Shown: one piece after another, positions 62,910 to 64,000 of the stretch
Layout: each line of letters starts with the position of its first letter
Numbering within the stretch: the stretch's first letter is position 1
Virus record (IMG/VR): IMGVR_UViG_3300046490_000039
Span: 33,903 to 97,902 of that record
DNA from: a virus
Lineage: Duplodnaviria > Caudoviricetes
DNA: 64,000 nucleotides
Strand: one strand, 5' to 3'
Translations under genes and position numbers: made by a program
The notes under the pieces: generated by a model
Told to the model about the DNA's origin: nothing
What the model saw: the letters and a program-made list of their open reading frames with translations, nothing else
Database searches by the model: none

Positions 62910-63568
62910 GTACCGTGACCAGCGTCTTTGTGAGAAAGGACCCACGAAACGACCTCACCCCACCGTGTGGGGAGCAGACTGTTGGCGTCAACGCCCACGT
63001 CGAACTGCCTCAGACCGTCGCCATGCACTCGGCCCTGGTTGCCGTGGCTGTGCCCGTGCACGTGGAGCTGCCCACGATCCTCCAGCATGAGTTTCGTAAA
63101 GCGTCCCTCCTCGGACTCGTGGTCCGGAGTACCGGCGAGCGGGAGATGGCCGTAGGTCACCTTCACGTCCTCGATGTCCCAGACATCACCGAGCCATCCC
63201 TCCGGGGGGAGGGACCATCCGGCGTCCTGAAAGAGTTTGCGCTGTGCAGCGATCTTGTCGATGTCATAGCGGGCGGTGGGCGGAATACGCCAGAGACCGG
63301 TGTCGTGGTTGCCGGGGGCGATGATCGCCTTGCGTCCGTTGAGCCGTGCGGTCTTCGGAATGTTCTCGTGGCGTTGTCCCATGGCGAGATCGCCCAGGTA
63401 CCACACCTCGTCGTCGTAACCCACGACGCTGTTCCAACGGTCGATCAGGGCATCATCGTGCTCGTCGATCGTGGCATCGTCGGGAAGTGCGAGGATGTCA
63501 ATCCGCTCGGGCTGGTACTTGAGGATGTTCTTGTGGCCGATATGGAGGTCTGCGGCGATCCAGATCAT
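62906..63568 (-). CDS. calcineurin-like metallophosphoesterase
   Basis: DLHIGH, LGD, GNHD, HGHSH, DVGVD. Confidence 0.92.
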   Translation of the reverse strand: MIWIAADLHIGHKNILKYQPERIDILALPDDATIDEHDDALIDRWNSVVGYDDEVWYLGDLAMGQRHENIPKTARLNGRKAIIAPGNHDTGLWRIPPTARYDIDKIAAQRKLFQDAGWSLPPEGWLGDVWDIEDVKVTYGHLPLAGTPDHESEEGRFTKLMLEDRGQLHVHGHSHGNQGRVHGDGLRQFDVGVDANSLLPTRWGEVVSWVLSHKDAGHGT

Positions 63569-63765
63569 TCGGTCGGTTCGTCCTTTGCTTTCAGGCCTTC
63601 GGCGTAGGCGGCCCGGATCTCGTCAGCGAGCCGGTCCTGAAGGGCGGGAATCTCGATGCGTCCGGCCGCTTCGCAGCGGCGCTTGTGTTCGGCGTTGGCC
63701 AGCGCCACGAGACGTTCGGTCTCGGCACGCTGGGCGGGGGTGAGGGGGTCGTAGCGATCGGTCAT
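63565..63765 (-). CDS. hypothetical protein
   Basis: AGGAG SD; ATGA coupling. Confidence 0.55.
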   Translation of the reverse strand: MTDRYDPLTPAQRAETERLVALANAEHKRRCEAAGRIEIPALQDRLADEIRAAYAEGLKAKDEPTE

Positions 63766-63778
63766 GGTGGTCTCCTGT

Positions 63779-63997
63779 TCAGCGGTCGATATGCACGTCG
63801 GTCGCATTGTAGCGCCAGGCGTCTTTCTTGGTCAAGTGATACTGGTCACAGTCGGGGCAGAGGTACCCTCGCTTGGCGAAGCACGGGTCAGCGATGGTCC
63901 CGTTGGTCCAGCGCTCCATTAGGAGATCGAGCGCACGCTTGGCGGCTCGGGCGTCAGCGTACTGGCGCTTGCCGGTCGGGCAGGATGAGAAACTCAC
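63779..63997 (-). CDS. small Zn-binding phage protein
   Basis: CPTGKRQY...YLCPDCDQYHLT. Confidence 0.6.
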   Translation of the reverse strand: MSFSSCPTGKRQYADARAAKRALDLLMERWTNGTIADPCFAKRGYLCPDCDQYHLTKKDAWRYNATDVHIDR

Positions 63998-64000
63998 GAG

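Noticed and set aside
61365-62918. Long antisense ORFs (also 2921-4180, 11344-12333, 58357-59511)
   Set aside because: Shadow ORFs expected from GC-rich codon bias opposite well-supported genes

Overview
This window is a segment of a high-GC tailed actinobacteriophage, probably lytic (no integrase or repressor is visible here). It starts inside a ClpP-like gene and ends in small early-type genes. Positions 1-16.3 kb (+) hold host-takeover and replication genes: ClpP, MazG-like pyrophosphatase, a Tad1/Acb2-like hairpin protein, a PP2C phosphatase, rIIA/rIIB, PolA, RuvC-like resolvase, SNF2 helicase, PD-(D/E)XK nuclease, Sak4-like ATPase and SSB. Positions 16.3-56.7 kb (mostly -) are the virion module: terminase, portal, a MuF-ParB fusion, a maturation protease with an internal Dps domain, separate capsid hexamer and pentamer proteins, a collagen fibre, tail tube, tape measure and two paralogous distal tail proteins. 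Interspersed are WhiB, an LPxTG surface protein, class II RNR, four homing-type endonucleases and a stable-RNA unit (tmRNA, tRNA-Phe, tRNA-Met). Positions 56.7-64 kb (-) encode dNMP kinase, an RNA-repair trio, a DinG-like helicase and a phosphoesterase. The most unusual signals are: (1) a Dps domain inside the prohead protease; (2) a portable 'F-A-C-H-S-A-A-C-R-P-P-x-S-G-G-S-G-G-S' tag on several unrelated head-region proteins, suggesting a capsid-cargo system; (3) a shared C-terminal 'GPTGP' tag on capsid hexamer, pentamer and tail tube; (4) an unidentified ~270-nt structured RNA built like the tmRNA/tRNA precursor; and (5) a separate leaderless promoter in front of most late genes. All calls come from motif recognition by eye; no database searches were run.
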